Below are positions 1 to 12,399 of a stretch of 64,000 nt of DNA, piece by piece; position 1 is the first letter of the stretch; each line of letters opens with the position of its first letter. Position numbers and translations under genes: made by a program. The notes under the pieces were generated by a model. It saw only the letters and a list, made by a program, of their open reading frames with translations, did not search any database and was not told the origin of the DNA. Origin of the DNA: Amphiscolops sp. MND2022 (Eukaryota); the NCBI GenBank assembly GCA_964187785.1, contig OZ076409.1, positions 27,344,001-27,408,000 of the forward strand, written 5' to 3'.

Positions 1-399
1 TGAAATCCCAACTTTTCTTGTGAAATCTCGATTTCATTTGTGATAGACATTTTCAACCATAACAAAGTTCAGCAAGCCAGTAATGACAACAACGCACCAC
101 CTAGTCAGCCGCTAATGAGTGACATTAACTTGATTGTGCGCAACAAGGCTATCACCATTTTTGGGTGCCTAGAATGGATAACGTCATAAAAGGAACCGTT
201 CAATTTCGTGAGACAACACGAAAGTATACGAACCTGCCTCATATTGATGTAAATACGGTAAAGAGGTATATGAACCTGGTATCCGAAGAATTGAGAATAA
301 TTGCCAATCTGCCCTAGATTAGCCTTACGTTCGACAGATGGAGTGGAAAGTCGACTCATTATATCAGAGAATAATAGCGCCTCAAATAGAGATGTAGGA

Positions 400-800
400 G
401 AAAAAGTTCCAAATTGCGGTAGGTATAATCTCTGACAACTGCGAAGTTAACCAGAATTTCACTGAAATTTGCAAGAAACCTTGTCAAGTCGCAACTCGCA
501 TCGATCCAATTTGGCAGTTGTGGAATATTTACAACCTCATCAGCATTTGATCAAAATAAATATGGGTAAGATGATGAACTTGAAACTGTCAAGAACTTGC
601 GGAGAGATCCTCTTGTAAACAGTTAAATAATGGCGTGACTGAAGAATTGGCAGAACTTGGCGAAAAAGAGGGCCTGCATTTTGCTAGTCATATTCTGTAG
701 ACGCGTTTGAAATTGTAAGAACCTTCGATGTATTGGAATTGCGCGTTTCTACTCCCGATGACTGTTTTCGAGATTTTTTCTACAAGGATTAAAAATATTT
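400..800 (+). pseudogene. Decayed hAT-like DDE transposase fragment (central part)
   Basis: Manual translation across frameshifts gives IISDNCEVNQ (~425-455) then SHR.NLAV..YLQPHQHLIKI, matching the DN..N / C..H..NL core of hAT-superfamily transposases. Many stops; boundaries approximate. Confidence 0.5.
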
Positions 801-1139
801 GATTGTCATTTAATTTAATTGCAATTGAAGTATCAGTTGATTGAAAAAATCGATTCTACGAAACTCTAAAATCTGACACATCTGAGTGAAATGCTTCATT
901 TTATTTTCCAGTGTCACACAGAGCAGCTGCTGGTTCGATCTTTCACATCACAGTTTCAGGTTGCGATGTGAAATCAAAGCCAATTAAGTCCTTGCATGCT
1001 ATACTTCCACCAGCTTGCGCCTGTAGATGGGCAATGTCAATGCAAAAAGGAGATGAAGCAAAGAAGGAAGTGGTTGGACTTACTGAATCATATGAAAACT
1101 AAACAACCCGACTGTGACAAAGATGATGGTAGGCAGCAG

Positions 1140-2360
1140 AGGATTGCAAACTACCTCAGCCTTGCCAAGGAAGCAAACTGCGTGTTCGGTTGGTTACAGT
1201 GGATCACTCAAACCGTTCGCTTTTATAGAGTGTCCTTTCACGGCCAAGTATTCCAACCTGAACCCGATGTCAATTCAGACCCTGAAGAAGTACATGCATT
1301 AGTAACCAAGAAAGAAGAAATAGCACGTAGTCTACCAGAAAAATCTATTTGGCTTGATGGATGGACGCGCAATTCCACCCATCATGTTCAAGTGTATGCA
1401 TCATTATCGTCGACCGATGCAAATAGCTTTCAAACCTGTTGACATTCAGCACTCTACGCTTTGAACTTTTTTGGCAACAGTGGATTTCACACTTTCAATC
1501 TATCGAAAGGATATCACGAACGTCAATGCTATTTGTGGTGATAATTGAGGAACTTACTAATCCCTCGCCTGAAGGGTTTTGCATCAACTATTCTATTTGA
1601 CTTGTACCGAATTGCTGGAGGAATATGGAGAAATCAGCCAAAAAATCGAAGATCTCATGGGCAATGTTGGGATGCCAAAGTTTTCGCGAAATTGAGACCA
1701 TCTACCGATGAGACCAAATCAAGCCAATACAACGTTAGTTTATCATCATCATCATCATTGTCCACCTTGTCCCAGACAACTGAGGTCGGCAGGGCGCCCC
1801 TGAATTAGCCAGCAACAGCAAGTCTAGCACGCATCAAGTGATAGACGACTTCTGCAGCTGAACGAATTTATGGTGTACATTGGAAATCCAACGTTGTATC
1901 ATTCCAACTCCGAAAGCAAACGCGACATTGCCCGAAATTCAACAAAAAATGGTGACACTGAATTCGGTTACCATTGTATTGCAAAAAGAGGGTACTGATG
2001 CTTCATGTGTCAGGCTTATTTTCAATGAAATCAAACGGAAATTTCCTATCTTGATGGTTCTGACAAGTATTTGACCCCGACTGCGAGAATAATTAGCAGC
2101 TCTAAGTTCGAATCTGGGATAGTGAAAATTCAGGATGGCAAGGAAAAAGAAAGACAACTGACGAACAACTGACCAGCAAAAACTTCAGAAAGCACATCGT
2201 GGTGGAAGAAGAGGCCCCAAATACTAGTGATTTCGCTAGTATGATTCTGAACAGGAAAAACGCACCATCGGCGAAATATCCCCGATGTGCGCTTTATTTT
2301 GCCACCTTCAAACAAAGCACTTTTTCAGTAGTGCTGGTATTGCTCGTGTGATTTTCGACA
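1140..2360 (+). pseudogene. Decayed hAT-like transposase
   Basis: ORF 996..1442 has KEEIARSLPEKSIWLDGWT..STHHVQVYAS (first catalytic Asp, DGWT). AICGDN at ~1527-1547; SVTIVLQKEG..VRLIFNEI in ORF 1880..2074; C-terminal DVRFILPPSN..LFSSAG at ~2284-2338 (hAT dimerisation-like motif). Frameshifted. Confidence 0.6.
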
Positions 2361-2439
2361 ACGAGTGAACCCGACGAACCTCGAGTAACAATTACAAGTA
2401 AAAACAAATAGACAATTTTGAGACACTAGAATAGATGTT

Positions 2440-3147
2440 TCACAATCTAAGGCCGAAGCCTTTGGTGATTGGCTCATTGCTGTTTGGGTTCATTCATCGT
2501 CATTTCGTATTTCAAATTTCTCCAGGTGTTGTCCAATTTCGCTTCAAAAACGTCAAGGGTTCCTGCCGACGTGACATCATCTGGCAGGCTATTCCAGTCA
2601 TTGGCTGCTCTTACAGTGAAAAAATTTCCTCTTGTTGATGTTCTCGATGGCTGCACCACAAGTTTTCTTTGATTTCCTCTTGTGATTCTGTCATTTTCCA
2701 TCAGCATCCCTCCAGTGACTCTCTTATCATACACTCAATTGAGTATCTTGTAAACTTCAATCATCCTACCCCGTTTCCTCCTGAAGTCCAGGGTGGGTAG
2801 GTCTAGTTTCATTAATCTTTGTTCATAAGGGAGAGATGCGAGAGAAGGGATGAGTCTTGTCGCTCGTCTCTGGGCATTTTCGAGGTTACTTCTGTGTTTT
2901 TGGAAATGTGGATGCCATGCTTGGTTACAATATTCCAAGTGGGGTCTGACAAGCGTCTTAATTAGTACACTCAGTGACTGGCAGTTCAATTTCATGAAAC
3001 ATTTTTTGATAATAGCAAGCATTGAATTCGCCTTCTTTATTTTTTCGGCAATATGCAAGTCAAAATTTAGTTTGTTATCAGTTAGTACACCCAAGTCTTT
3101 TTCACATCTAACATTTTCCAACATCTTTGTTGTGTTCATAAAGTAAT
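2440..3147 (-). mobile_element. 3' end of a CR1/L2-group LINE ORF2, truncated by the assembly gap
   Basis: ORFs 2735..3139 and 2474..2734: EKDLGV..D.KL.F..HI, TLVRPHLEYC, QRRATRLIP, RR.RG.MIEVYKIL, FFTVR....WNSLP, all typical of CR1-clade RT C-termini. Confidence 0.85.
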
Positions 3148-3347
3148 NNNNNNNNNNNNNNNNNNNNNNNNNNNNNNNNNNNNNNNNNNNNNNNNNNNNN
3201 NNNNNNNNNNNNNNNNNNNNNNNNNNNNNNNNNNNNNNNNNNNNNNNNNNNNNNNNNNNNNNNNNNNNNNNNNNNNNNNNNNNNNNNNNNNNNNNNNNNN
3301 NNNNNNNNNNNNNNNNNNNNNNNNNNNNNNNNNNNNNNNNNNNNNNN
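3148..3347. other. Assembly gap (200 N), followed by a short (AT)n tract
   Basis: Direct reading of the sequence. Confidence 0.99.
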
Positions 3348-3869
3348 ATATATATATATATATATTTAGTTATTAATTCTGTAATATAATGTCGTTGTGT
3401 TATTTATGTTAACCTAATCGTCGTATGTATACTTCAAATGAATGCTTATCGAATAGAAACTTCCTGCAAGTAGTGTTTTCCCCCACGACAATTCGATCCC
3501 TGCAATTCGATCAAAAGGTTCGACCTCTCTCCTTTCGACCAGAAAAATTCGACCTATTTACAGCCACCCTAAAGAGAGATAGAACTTTTTGCCCTTACTA
3601 CATGGAGGGCGTGTCAATGAAAAAAGAGTTTGGGTGTACGCTGGAAACTGCAGAGACTCCGTACAGTGTCAAAAATGGTCGTATGAAATAAATTTGGAAA
3701 ACATCGGTGAGTGGAGGGTAATTTATAAATTAGGACAGTGTATCCTGCGTGGCGATTTTGATAATGAGAGCCAATAAAAAGTGTCGCTAGTTTTGACGAG
3801 ATTAATTGACTGACAGAATAGCATGAGAGATTAACCAAGAGGAGATAGATGTAAATGAGCCACAAAAAT

Positions 3870-4592
3870 CTCGTCTCGGAGCCAACATCTGTGTTGCGCA
3901 TACGTGCAACTGTGGTAAAAGAGTTGAACGGGACGGTTTTCACGGTCTTTCTTGCACCAAGAGTGCTGGTCGCTTCTCACGTCATGCTACTCTCAATTCT
4001 CTCAAGAAGCAGACGTTGGGATCTCTTGACTTGCCTCCAGTGCTCGAGCAGCTCGAGGCTCTCTATTCAAGCCGGGAACCGGGAACTGCAACCGAGGCTG
4101 AAGCGCGTAAAATTGAGAAGTATTGCGAATTAAAAGACAATGGATAAATTTTTCAACCGGTGGCTTTGGAAGTAGAGGGTTCTTTATGCGAGAGCAGTGA
4201 AATTTTCATCACGCGTCTCTGTAAAATATTCTGTCATTCGCACGACGATCAACAAGCTGGCAACTTTTTGAAGCAGCAGATTTCAAGGGCTCTTCAGATC
4301 GGCAACGCGGCCTGTGTTCTAGGAACTGTGAGCTACAGAGATGCGTTCGAAGAAATTTATTGCATATAGCCTAATTTTTTTGAACTTTATATCAAAGCAG
4401 CTAGAAAAAAAGCAGCTGCTGGTTCGAGTAGTTTGTTGGTTGGTATTTTTGTTACTGGTCTACTGGGAGTGCCTAGTATGGGGTTCCCTACGTTCGTTGC
4501 AGACCACGGTTGTGTGTGTTCTCCCCCCAACATGATGATACACATGGCACTTGATTGATGACGAGGATCAATGATATCTGATAAAGGGAGAA
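3870..4592 (+). mobile_element. 5'-truncated non-LTR retrotransposon with restriction-like endonuclease (CRE/R2-group-like), copy 1
   Basis: C.CG..V...G.HGLSC.KSAGRFSRHATLNS (CCHC knuckle), AEARKIEKY, P.ALE.EG, FLKQQISRALQIGNAACVLGT. The 3' tail 4470-4590 is shared with copy 2. Confidence 0.75.
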
Positions 4593-5083
4593 AATTCTTT
4601 TTATCTAGGGGGAACATAGTGTACCGAGTGATGTAGGGGGACACAGTTAAAGAGATCCATTCATTCATCGCACTCAGTTAATTCCCATCGCGTTTTACCT
4701 TCCAACGTCTTAAAGTTCCCCAGAAAAATTCCGAAAGTTCTTCGTTCCGAAAACGGAAGCCAAACAAAAAAATGCAATATCATGGATGCGGATAATGCCC
4801 CAGACCACACATTACAGCCGGTACATTGACATTTGAGCTTCAAATATGAGAAAATTGTTTTTGGAAGCCTGTGTCGCGCTGTTTTACAAAGATTCTGAAG
4901 ACGTTTGGTATTTAAAGGAGCAACCGGCCCGATAAAAGTGAAAACGTTCGGGTAACCTGCAGCGCCAATGTAAAAGGAATTGCAACTTTTTTTGCACCCT
5001 CTCGCTCACTTCTAATAAACTGATTTGCTCCAGTGAGTTTTATTGAGTTTTCAAATTGCTTGTTCATGATTATTTTTTGAGGT

Positions 5084-6486
5084 TGTTAGGGCCTGAAATC
5101 CTGATCGTGGCTGGGTTGTCGGATTATTGAAGATCGATTATTGTAAATACTTTATTCTGAGATGTGTGTTGAGAAAATGAATCAGTCAAGTGAAGATAAA
5201 AATTACAGGTACATGTTTACAAACAACAATATTAAACTAAATTAGTTCAGTCTGGTATAGTCTGAGTTTTTCGAACGTCGACGATATTTCGAGGACTCGG
5301 CTGGCTCTGCCCGCTGAGATGGGTGGTCTTGGGGTTGGCCTCAGCTTTTGGTGCGAGTCATTTTCTCACGACGATTTTCTCGGAAACACTCGAAGATGTT
5401 TCGTTTTCAAAAGCGCTTGAGAAATGGTTGAGTTTGACGAATGAACAAGAAAGTCCTCTCGATGGAACTCAGAAAAATTAGCCACAACCTGTCCACGTCA
5501 AAACCGCCCAAGATTTGATTTCTTGAATCGATGACAAAGATTTTACCGCTCATCAAGGCAAGTTGGGGTCTCAATGGCTCATCGTCGTTCTTTGCAAGAA
5601 CCTAGGCCTGAAACTTGATGATCAGCAGCTTCGGATTTCAATTGGTTTGCGTCTCGAGGCCAACATCTGTGTTGCGCATTCGTGCAACTGTGGTAAAAAA
5701 AGTTGAACGGGACGGTTTACGCGGTCTTTCCCTCACCAAGAGTGCTGGTCGCTTCTCACGTCATGCTACTCTCAATTCTCTCATGAAGCAGACGTTGGGA
5801 TCTCTCGACTTGCCTTCAGTGCTCGAACCGCGTGGACTGTACCGAACTGATGGCAGACGCCCAGACGGTGTTACCATGATTCCTTGGAAATGAGCAAACA
5901 GCTGGTGTGGGATGTCACGGTTGTGGATGCTCTTGCATCAAGGCTCTCTATTCAACCCGGGAACCACTGCCACCGAGGCTGAAGCTCGTAAAATTGAGAA
6001 GTATCGCGAATTAAAAGACAATGGGTACATTTTTTAACCATTGACTTTGGAAGAGGCAACAGATTTCAATGGCTCTTCAGATTGGCAATGCGGCCTGTAT
6101 TCTAGTAACTGTGAGCGACAGAGATGCGTTCGAAGAAGTTTATTACACATAGCTTATTTTTTAAAAAAAACACTATATCATTGCAGCTTTTAAAAAAAAT
6201 TCTACCGGTCGACTGCGATAGTGGCTGGTATGAGTTGTTTCTTTTTGCTACTGATCTACTGGGATAGGACTGGGATAGGGACTGGTATTGGGTTCCCTAC
6301 TTTCGTTGCACACCACTTGTGTGTGTCTTCTGCCTCCAACATGATGATACACACGGCACTTGATGACGAAGATCCATGATATCTGATGGAGCAAAAAAAA
6401 TTTTAAGAGAAAAAAATGAATAAAGGAAAAAAATGTCTGAGTTATTTGAACTTCGATGGTCCTTTGACCTTCATCGGTCTCTAACA
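5084..6486 (-). repeat. Copia 3' LTR, split into 5084-5276 and 6435-6486 by a retroposon insertion
   Basis: Both parts align colinearly with 9552-9782. Confidence 0.85.
5277..6434 (+). mobile_element. 5'-truncated RLE-type non-LTR retrotransposon, copy 2, inserted in the Copia LTR
   Basis: LPAEMGGLG; SRHATLNSL; EPRGLYRTDGRRPDGVTMIPW..KQLVWDVTVVDALA..AEARKIEKY (PD..D..K RLE motif). A-rich tail 6393-6433; 17-bp TSD gtctgagtt(t/a)tt(c/t)gaac at 5260-5276 and 6435-6451. Confidence 0.85.
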
Positions 6487-9400
6487 CACCCGTTCGATGA
6501 GAGTTTCCGAGGGTTGTTGGTGGTTGATAATGACAAACCACTGTGCGTGACTATCTGTCGTGTCAAGGCAGCAGTTGAGAGGGCTCTATCCATCAGTTGA
6601 AGAGAAGTTAAAAGTCGTCATAACCCTAGTTGTAACATAAACATAAGAATGGGTAAATTAAAAGGACTGAGTTGTGAGTGAGGCAAAGTTAAGTTGATGA
6701 CTGAAGTGACTGAATGTCAAAGAGTTGCGATAAGAGCTCAATCAAGGCAGACTTGGGTAGGTTCTTGGTGAAGATATCAGCCATGTTGTTCTTTGAGGAG
6801 ACATAAGACAGTTGAATGTGGTTGTCCTCAACCAGTTGACGGATGAAGTGGTGTCGGGTTTCTTTGTGTTTAGCAAGTTTGTGGGCGACAGGGTTGCTGG
6901 CCAGTGCGAGTGCACCTTGATTGTCACCACACAACAGAACAGGCGTGTCCACCGTCATCAAGCAGAAGAATGTGAGCAAGCCTTGCAAATAGGCTACTTC
7001 CTTGCAGCCAAAGCCAACGAAACATACTCGGCTTCACAAGAGCTACGTGCCACACACCCTTGTTTTCTGAACGCCCAAGAGACAACACAACAAAAATGAC
7101 TAAGTTTGAAGCAAAAACCCGAAGTTGACTTGTCGGTGACCAATCAGAATCCGAAAAAGCAGAAAGTTCGATATTTTCAGAGCGGTTATACACAAGAGAT
7201 AGAGACTCGGTGCCTCTGAGAAAACAGAGGAGGTGTGTCAATGCTCACCAATGGGCTTTGACACGAATTGCGCTAAGTTATAGACAGCAAAGCAAACATC
7301 GGGACGACTAACAACGGACAAATACATTATGTTTCCAACTAAGCTACGATATTGTTTCCGATAGCAAAACTCAAGTGAATTTTCACTGTCTTTGATGGGG
7401 CCGCCCGATTTAGACTACTTCATATGGGGTATAGCTGGCGTACTGATTGGTTTACAATCAGACATGTAGTTTTTGCGCAAAGTTTTCTATAAAAGCACTG
7501 CTTTCAAGGGCATCAATGTTTTCAGATGAAACAACATCTACAGATGAACGAGTTGTTTGGTCGGTTTTCAGTCGGTAAAATAGGAAATGAAGACTTTTCG
7601 GGAAAATGTTTCTGTGTTTCAGGCAAAACTTGTTTCGGTGCCGGCTTTTCGGTTACAAATGCTCGGATGTTTTGACTTGGGTGCGCAGCGGGAAAACGAA
7701 GTCATTTTAGAGTAAGGATTGTACAAAATGTATGCTTCGGAATCCTTGGAATAACCAACAAAAATTTCTTTGGTGGCTTTATTGGAAAATTTGTCTTGAT
7801 GCGTTTCAATGTGTTTAAAAGCAGTACATCCAGAAACTTTCAAATTGGAAAGATCTGGTTTTCCACTAAAGAACATTTCGAAGAACGTTTTTCCTTTTCG
7901 AAAGATTTTCTTTTCTCCTCCAGTTTTTGCAAATTTCACAACAACAAAGTTTATCAAAAGCACTGTGTTCCAAGCTCATTCCCGAAACAAGATGAGCCAA
8001 ACGTTTCACATTTTTGAAATTGTTGTGACTAACGCGATGATGTCACAGCGGAAAAAGAACAAAGATCAAATGTCTTTCCTTCCAAAACGTAAAAAATAGC
8101 GTGCACTTCAAAAGGAAAAGTTGCTCTTCCATTGACAAAAAGGCTCAGAGATTGTCTGAAGTTCATTTGAGCCCCGTTTTGTTACAACTTGCTTACGCTG
8201 ATTAAGTTCTGAGAATGATCAGGAAGAAAGAGACAGTCGGAAAATGTCACACAAAGTTCGATCCCAGTTTGTCCAAAAGTGAAAAAAAAATTTCCAACAC
8301 CCTCAACTTGCGGAAAACTCCCATTCGCATTTTTTACTTTGCGTTGTGTTTCTTCGCTAAAGTCGAAGAACAGAGAACGGTCAAAAATACATGCGAGGAA
8401 GCACCAGAGTCGATGACCAAAGTGTGCTTCTTCACCTCGCTTTTTTGGCTAGTGAGTGCAGTCTCACTATGATCGCAAAAGAAAACTAAGGCCTCAGCTA
8501 GGTTTGACTCCTATGTCTGAGCACTTGACCTAGGGTTCGCTTGAAACATTGACACTCTTCGTGGTCAAAATGCCTGCAAAAGTTGCACTGGAAGACTCTA
8601 CGAGGGGCTTGTTTATGTCCACTTTCACCGCAACGCCTACACTTCCCAGTGAATTTTTCAGGTTTGCGCCCGGAACTTTTCGCAACACTTCCTTTGGATA
8701 ACAAAGCGACATTTCCATCACTATCTGTCGCGGTTTGTGGCTTACGAGAACTTTCGAAAATTTTTAAGGCCTTCTTCACTTCCTCAAAAGACGCTTTATT
8801 TTTCGAAAAATCGTGCACAGTTTTGAATTAGTCATATTCGGAAGGCAATCCCCTGAGAACTATTGAAAGCAACATGTTTTCAGAAATTTCCATACCAGTG
8901 AGCTCCAACTGCTTACTCACATACTCCGCTGGAGTCAACCATGCTCTCCGTGCGCTCCAATCTAAAGGTTGTGAACTTCTCCAATGGGTTCATCAACCTC
9001 GGTGTTTTTTTCGGTGCTGTTGAAGTTGTCCCGCAGTGGTTGCCATGCCTTCGGACCATCATCTTTGCAGTCGTTCGTCAGCATCAGGACACTGCGGCTG
9101 TCGAGACACTGCACCAAGTACGGCCAATTTTCGTACTCCTTGTCAGTCGAACCAGCATCTGTTCCATTAAGCACGTTCAGCAGCTTCTTCCTGAAACAGA
9201 ACCCCTCGAATCTCTTCTGCCACACAGCGAAGTCTTCTTCCTTGCCAAAGAACTGGAGATACGGCAAAGGTCGATCCATCCCTCACAAACTCCAAGCAAA
9301 AGCCCGAAACAGGCAGAAGGAAGTAACTGAAAAGAAATGGGGCAGCAAAACAGAAACTCCCACGAGGATAAGCAAGAAAGTTAACGGAAGCAAAACGGCG

Positions 9401-9537
9401 TTAACGGACGGCATAAAAAGCAAAAATTGTGGATACCCAAGACGCAAAAAGCAAAAACTGAGAACGTGAAATAAAGATCAGACGAGTATAGTTGGTAAGC
9501 AGGAACATGTTGGAAAACAAACAAACTCGCCAAATTG

Positions 9538-9551
9538 CTGGGCTGATAACC
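9538..9551 (-). promoter_or_regulatory. Copia primer-binding site (internal tRNA-iMet-half type)
   Basis: Minus strand reads GGTTATCAGCCCAG directly after the LTR, a 12/14 match to the classic copia PBS GGTTATGGGCCCAG. Confidence 0.8.
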
Positions 9552-9782
9552 TGTTAGGGCCTGAACTCCTTCTGATTGTGGCTGGGTTGTCGAATTACTG
9601 AAGATCGATTTTTGTCAATACAATATTTTGAAATGTGTGTTGAGATAGTGAATCAGTCAAGTGAAGATAAAAATAACAGGTACATAATTACAAATAACAA
9701 TAATAAACTAAATTAGTTCAGTCTGGTAGAGTCTGAGTTTTTTAACTTTCAATGATCCTATGACTTTCATCGGTCTTCAACA
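9552..9782 (-). repeat. Copia 5' LTR
   Basis: TGTTAGGGCC...TCTTCAACA; aligns with 5084-5276 plus 6435-6486. Confidence 0.88.
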
Positions 9783-10007
9783 GTGCTTTCAATTGGAAGT
9801 TGAACTATTTTTGAAGCTACCTCGGCGTCTCGTTGAGTAGATAAAACTACCTGGCGCCATCTGTGTCTGGCATTACCTCAGACTTTTTAAAAACGAAATC
9901 ACTTTTATTGAACTTTGTTTATTCAAATGACCTTCTTCCCGGACTTTTTTGTTGTGAACCAGTGGATTTCAGTTACTTAGGACTCGATTTTTGACTTTGC
10001 AATAAGT

Positions 10008-10810
10008 TCACTTGTCAGGGGGTTGCTTCAGACTGAACAGCTCCAGAGTAGCTGTAACTTCTGCCTCGATAGCCAATTGAAACATAAGGACTATTACTTT
10101 TCTCTCTTTGGTTGTTTGACAGGTTGTCCGATTGTGAGGTGTCCTTATTCGGAGACTTCGGTCGTTTTGGAAAGCATATGTTTCTTTTGGTTGGGAAGGT
10201 GGGTTTTCCTGGTTCAATTTCTTCTTTTTCAATGTTCCACAGTACTCGATACGGTGTGTTGATTTATTGAAACAGTTGCAAAGTTTTGCTGCATTTTTGG
10301 GTCGTTCAGGTCATAGATGGCACTGATTTGGTGACTTTCCACCAACTTGTTAATTTCATCCAATATTTTTTCTTTGTTTATGAAACGGGCGTCAATTGTC
10401 CCTGTTGGAATATGGGAACTTGAACGTTGCAAGCCGGACATTTCGGCACTCACAACTAAACTCATTTCTTTGCTTTTGATAAGAGTTTGTACCGCGTCCC
10501 ATGTTTTGTTGGATCTAAAATCAATGCTCGATGAGCTTTTTGTTTAAGTCCCAGGGGCATCAAACTTCCTTTGAAGTAGTCTTTGTACTTCTTAATTCTC
10601 TGATTCTCGCAAGCTGTGACTAGCTCTTTGTTGCCAATTGATGGTATTGGCCAACGTCTTTATTCGGTGAATGTGACTTTCGACATTTCCATTGGGCTGT
10701 CTTCTCAGATTCTCTGCCTCACTTCGAAATCTATATTGCATCTTTCCGTCCGTGAACCTGTTTATGAATTGTGTTTTCATTTCTTCCCATGATTCCGCAG
10801 AGTCAACTGA
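10008..10810 (-). mobile_element. Isolated LTR-retrotransposon gag fragment
   Basis: SWEEMKTQFINRF....QYRFRSEAENLRRQPNGNVESHIHRIKTL resembles the retrotransposon gag core; fragmented ORFs 10592..10780, 10229..10465, 10008..10232. Confidence 0.55.
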
Positions 10811-12399
10811 ATCAGACCCTCATGGAATTTAGTTACCTAGGACTCGTTTTTTAAGTTTGCACGAAGTCTCAAAATTTGTTATAAGGGGCCTACGTATTAG
10901 AAGGGAGTTAGCAAAAAAGATATTTTTTCTAACTCTGGTGGTTTTTGAACTAGAAATGTTAGAACAGTTTCAAGTTAGAATTTTGGACGCTTTGTCCAGG
11001 GATTTTAAGGGAGTGTTCAATTTCAGAGCGCAAGGAAGGAAAGAAAGAGTGAAAAGAAGTCTTATTGCAGTCGTGTTCCGCGTTGAAATGAGGACCTATA
11101 TTTCTCTCTGTAGCTCCGGACAGATGAGCTCTCCGTATTTTTCTACTATATTTCACTCTGTACCACTGTCGCGTAGCTTTTTTTCCTATTGACTGAGCTC
11201 TGAAGGAATTTGGAAAATGCACTTTTCCTTTAGAGCGTTATTCGTCGAGAAAGTAAAATGCTGTAACAAGACGCTCGCTGGTGTTCCGTCCAAACTGTTC
11301 GAACAACGACTTTTTTGAAGCTCAAGAGAAACTTTTGCACTATGAAAACGTATAGAAGTTTGATGAAAAACGTTCTGACACTTTTTGATTGAAACTATCC
11401 CATTTCAGAAGGAAAAACTTTAAGAACACACAATGTTTTGTTGTCGGCCTGTGCGGATACCAAAACTCAATCGACTAATTTTCTATATCTGTTACGGAAA
11501 TTCGTTAAAAATGTCGAAACTTTTTGATTTTTCGAAAACTTTGCGTCATTTGAAGCACAATTGTAAGAAACCGGAGGTATCTTTCAATAAACGCCTAAAG
11601 GATACCGGGTGCAGTCTTTGTTGAATTGCGAGAATTCTAATACTAAATTGAAAGTCTTACAAAAAAGTCTACAAAATTTCAAAAACACGAAAAATTTGGG
11701 TTATTGTATTTTTCAAGTCCTTCTGACAAAAATTTTATATTCAAAATTGTAAACTTTTTAAAATCATTCTGCATACTATTCAAAAACTTAAGAGTTTTTG
11801 AATTTTGCAAAATTTTGGTATCTTCCATTAAAACATTAAATTTTCGAACATTAAATTGAGTTTCAAAACATCTACTTTATGTTGCGTTCGTTTGCTGTTG
11901 AAAGGTTTCATTCTTCTTATTTTCGGAATCTTCGAAACCTATAACAAAATTCGTTTTTCGGCTCAATCGGGTCATTCTGAGATAAAGTTCTACCTAAAAA
12001 ACAATAAAGTTTTCCTTCAAACGGCGGAACTGCATAGCGTACTGCATAGCTCGTAAAAACGTCTGAAGCTTTAGGACCATCTTTTTCACGGAAAGGTTCG
12101 CAAACAATCACTAAAACTGTCAAAAACAGAAAAAGTTTTGGTTTCGAGTCCTTTTGAGACATTTTCCAAACACAAACCAGCAAACACCTCCCACAACTAA
12201 CTCGATATCAACTGCAATCGTTGTTTAATCATTTTATTTTTTAACCACAAAAACATTTCGAAAACTTCTCAGACTTAGCAGAAACGCGCTAAAAACTTTC
12301 CAATTTTCTACTTTCCGACTGTTTGGGATCGTTTCGAAGTATTAATGAACGTGTATCAAAGAAAAATTTTACATACCTAAATGTTTTGCCTTTGATTGT

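Larger units (their letters stand above)
5084..9782 (-). mobile_element. Ty1/Copia LTR retrotransposon, decayed and internally deleted
   Basis: Minus-strand order: gag (EDFAVWQKRFEGFC; knuckles CRRCGESGH and CNFCRHFDH), protease (VIDSGASSH ~8390-8420), integrase (GKPDLSNLKVSGC..IFVGYSKDSEAY), RT remnant, RNase H (FSDSDW; DNQGALALASNPV; N.ADIFTK). TG...CA LTRs at both ends. Confidence 0.92.

Noticed and set aside
4532..4581. ATGATGA...CTGA resembling a C/D-box snoRNA (also 6342-6386)
   Set aside because: Only ~45-50 nt, no terminal stem, and it is the shared 3' end of two retroposon copies just before the A-rich tail.
4770..4830. IMDADNAPDH, resembling the DNAPxH motif of pogo/Tc1 transposases
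   Set aside because: A single short motif with no supporting ORF or TIRs that I could confirm.
8941..9469. Plus-strand ORFs of 129 and 161 aa
   Set aside because: Antisense to the Copia gag and leader; no independent coding signal.
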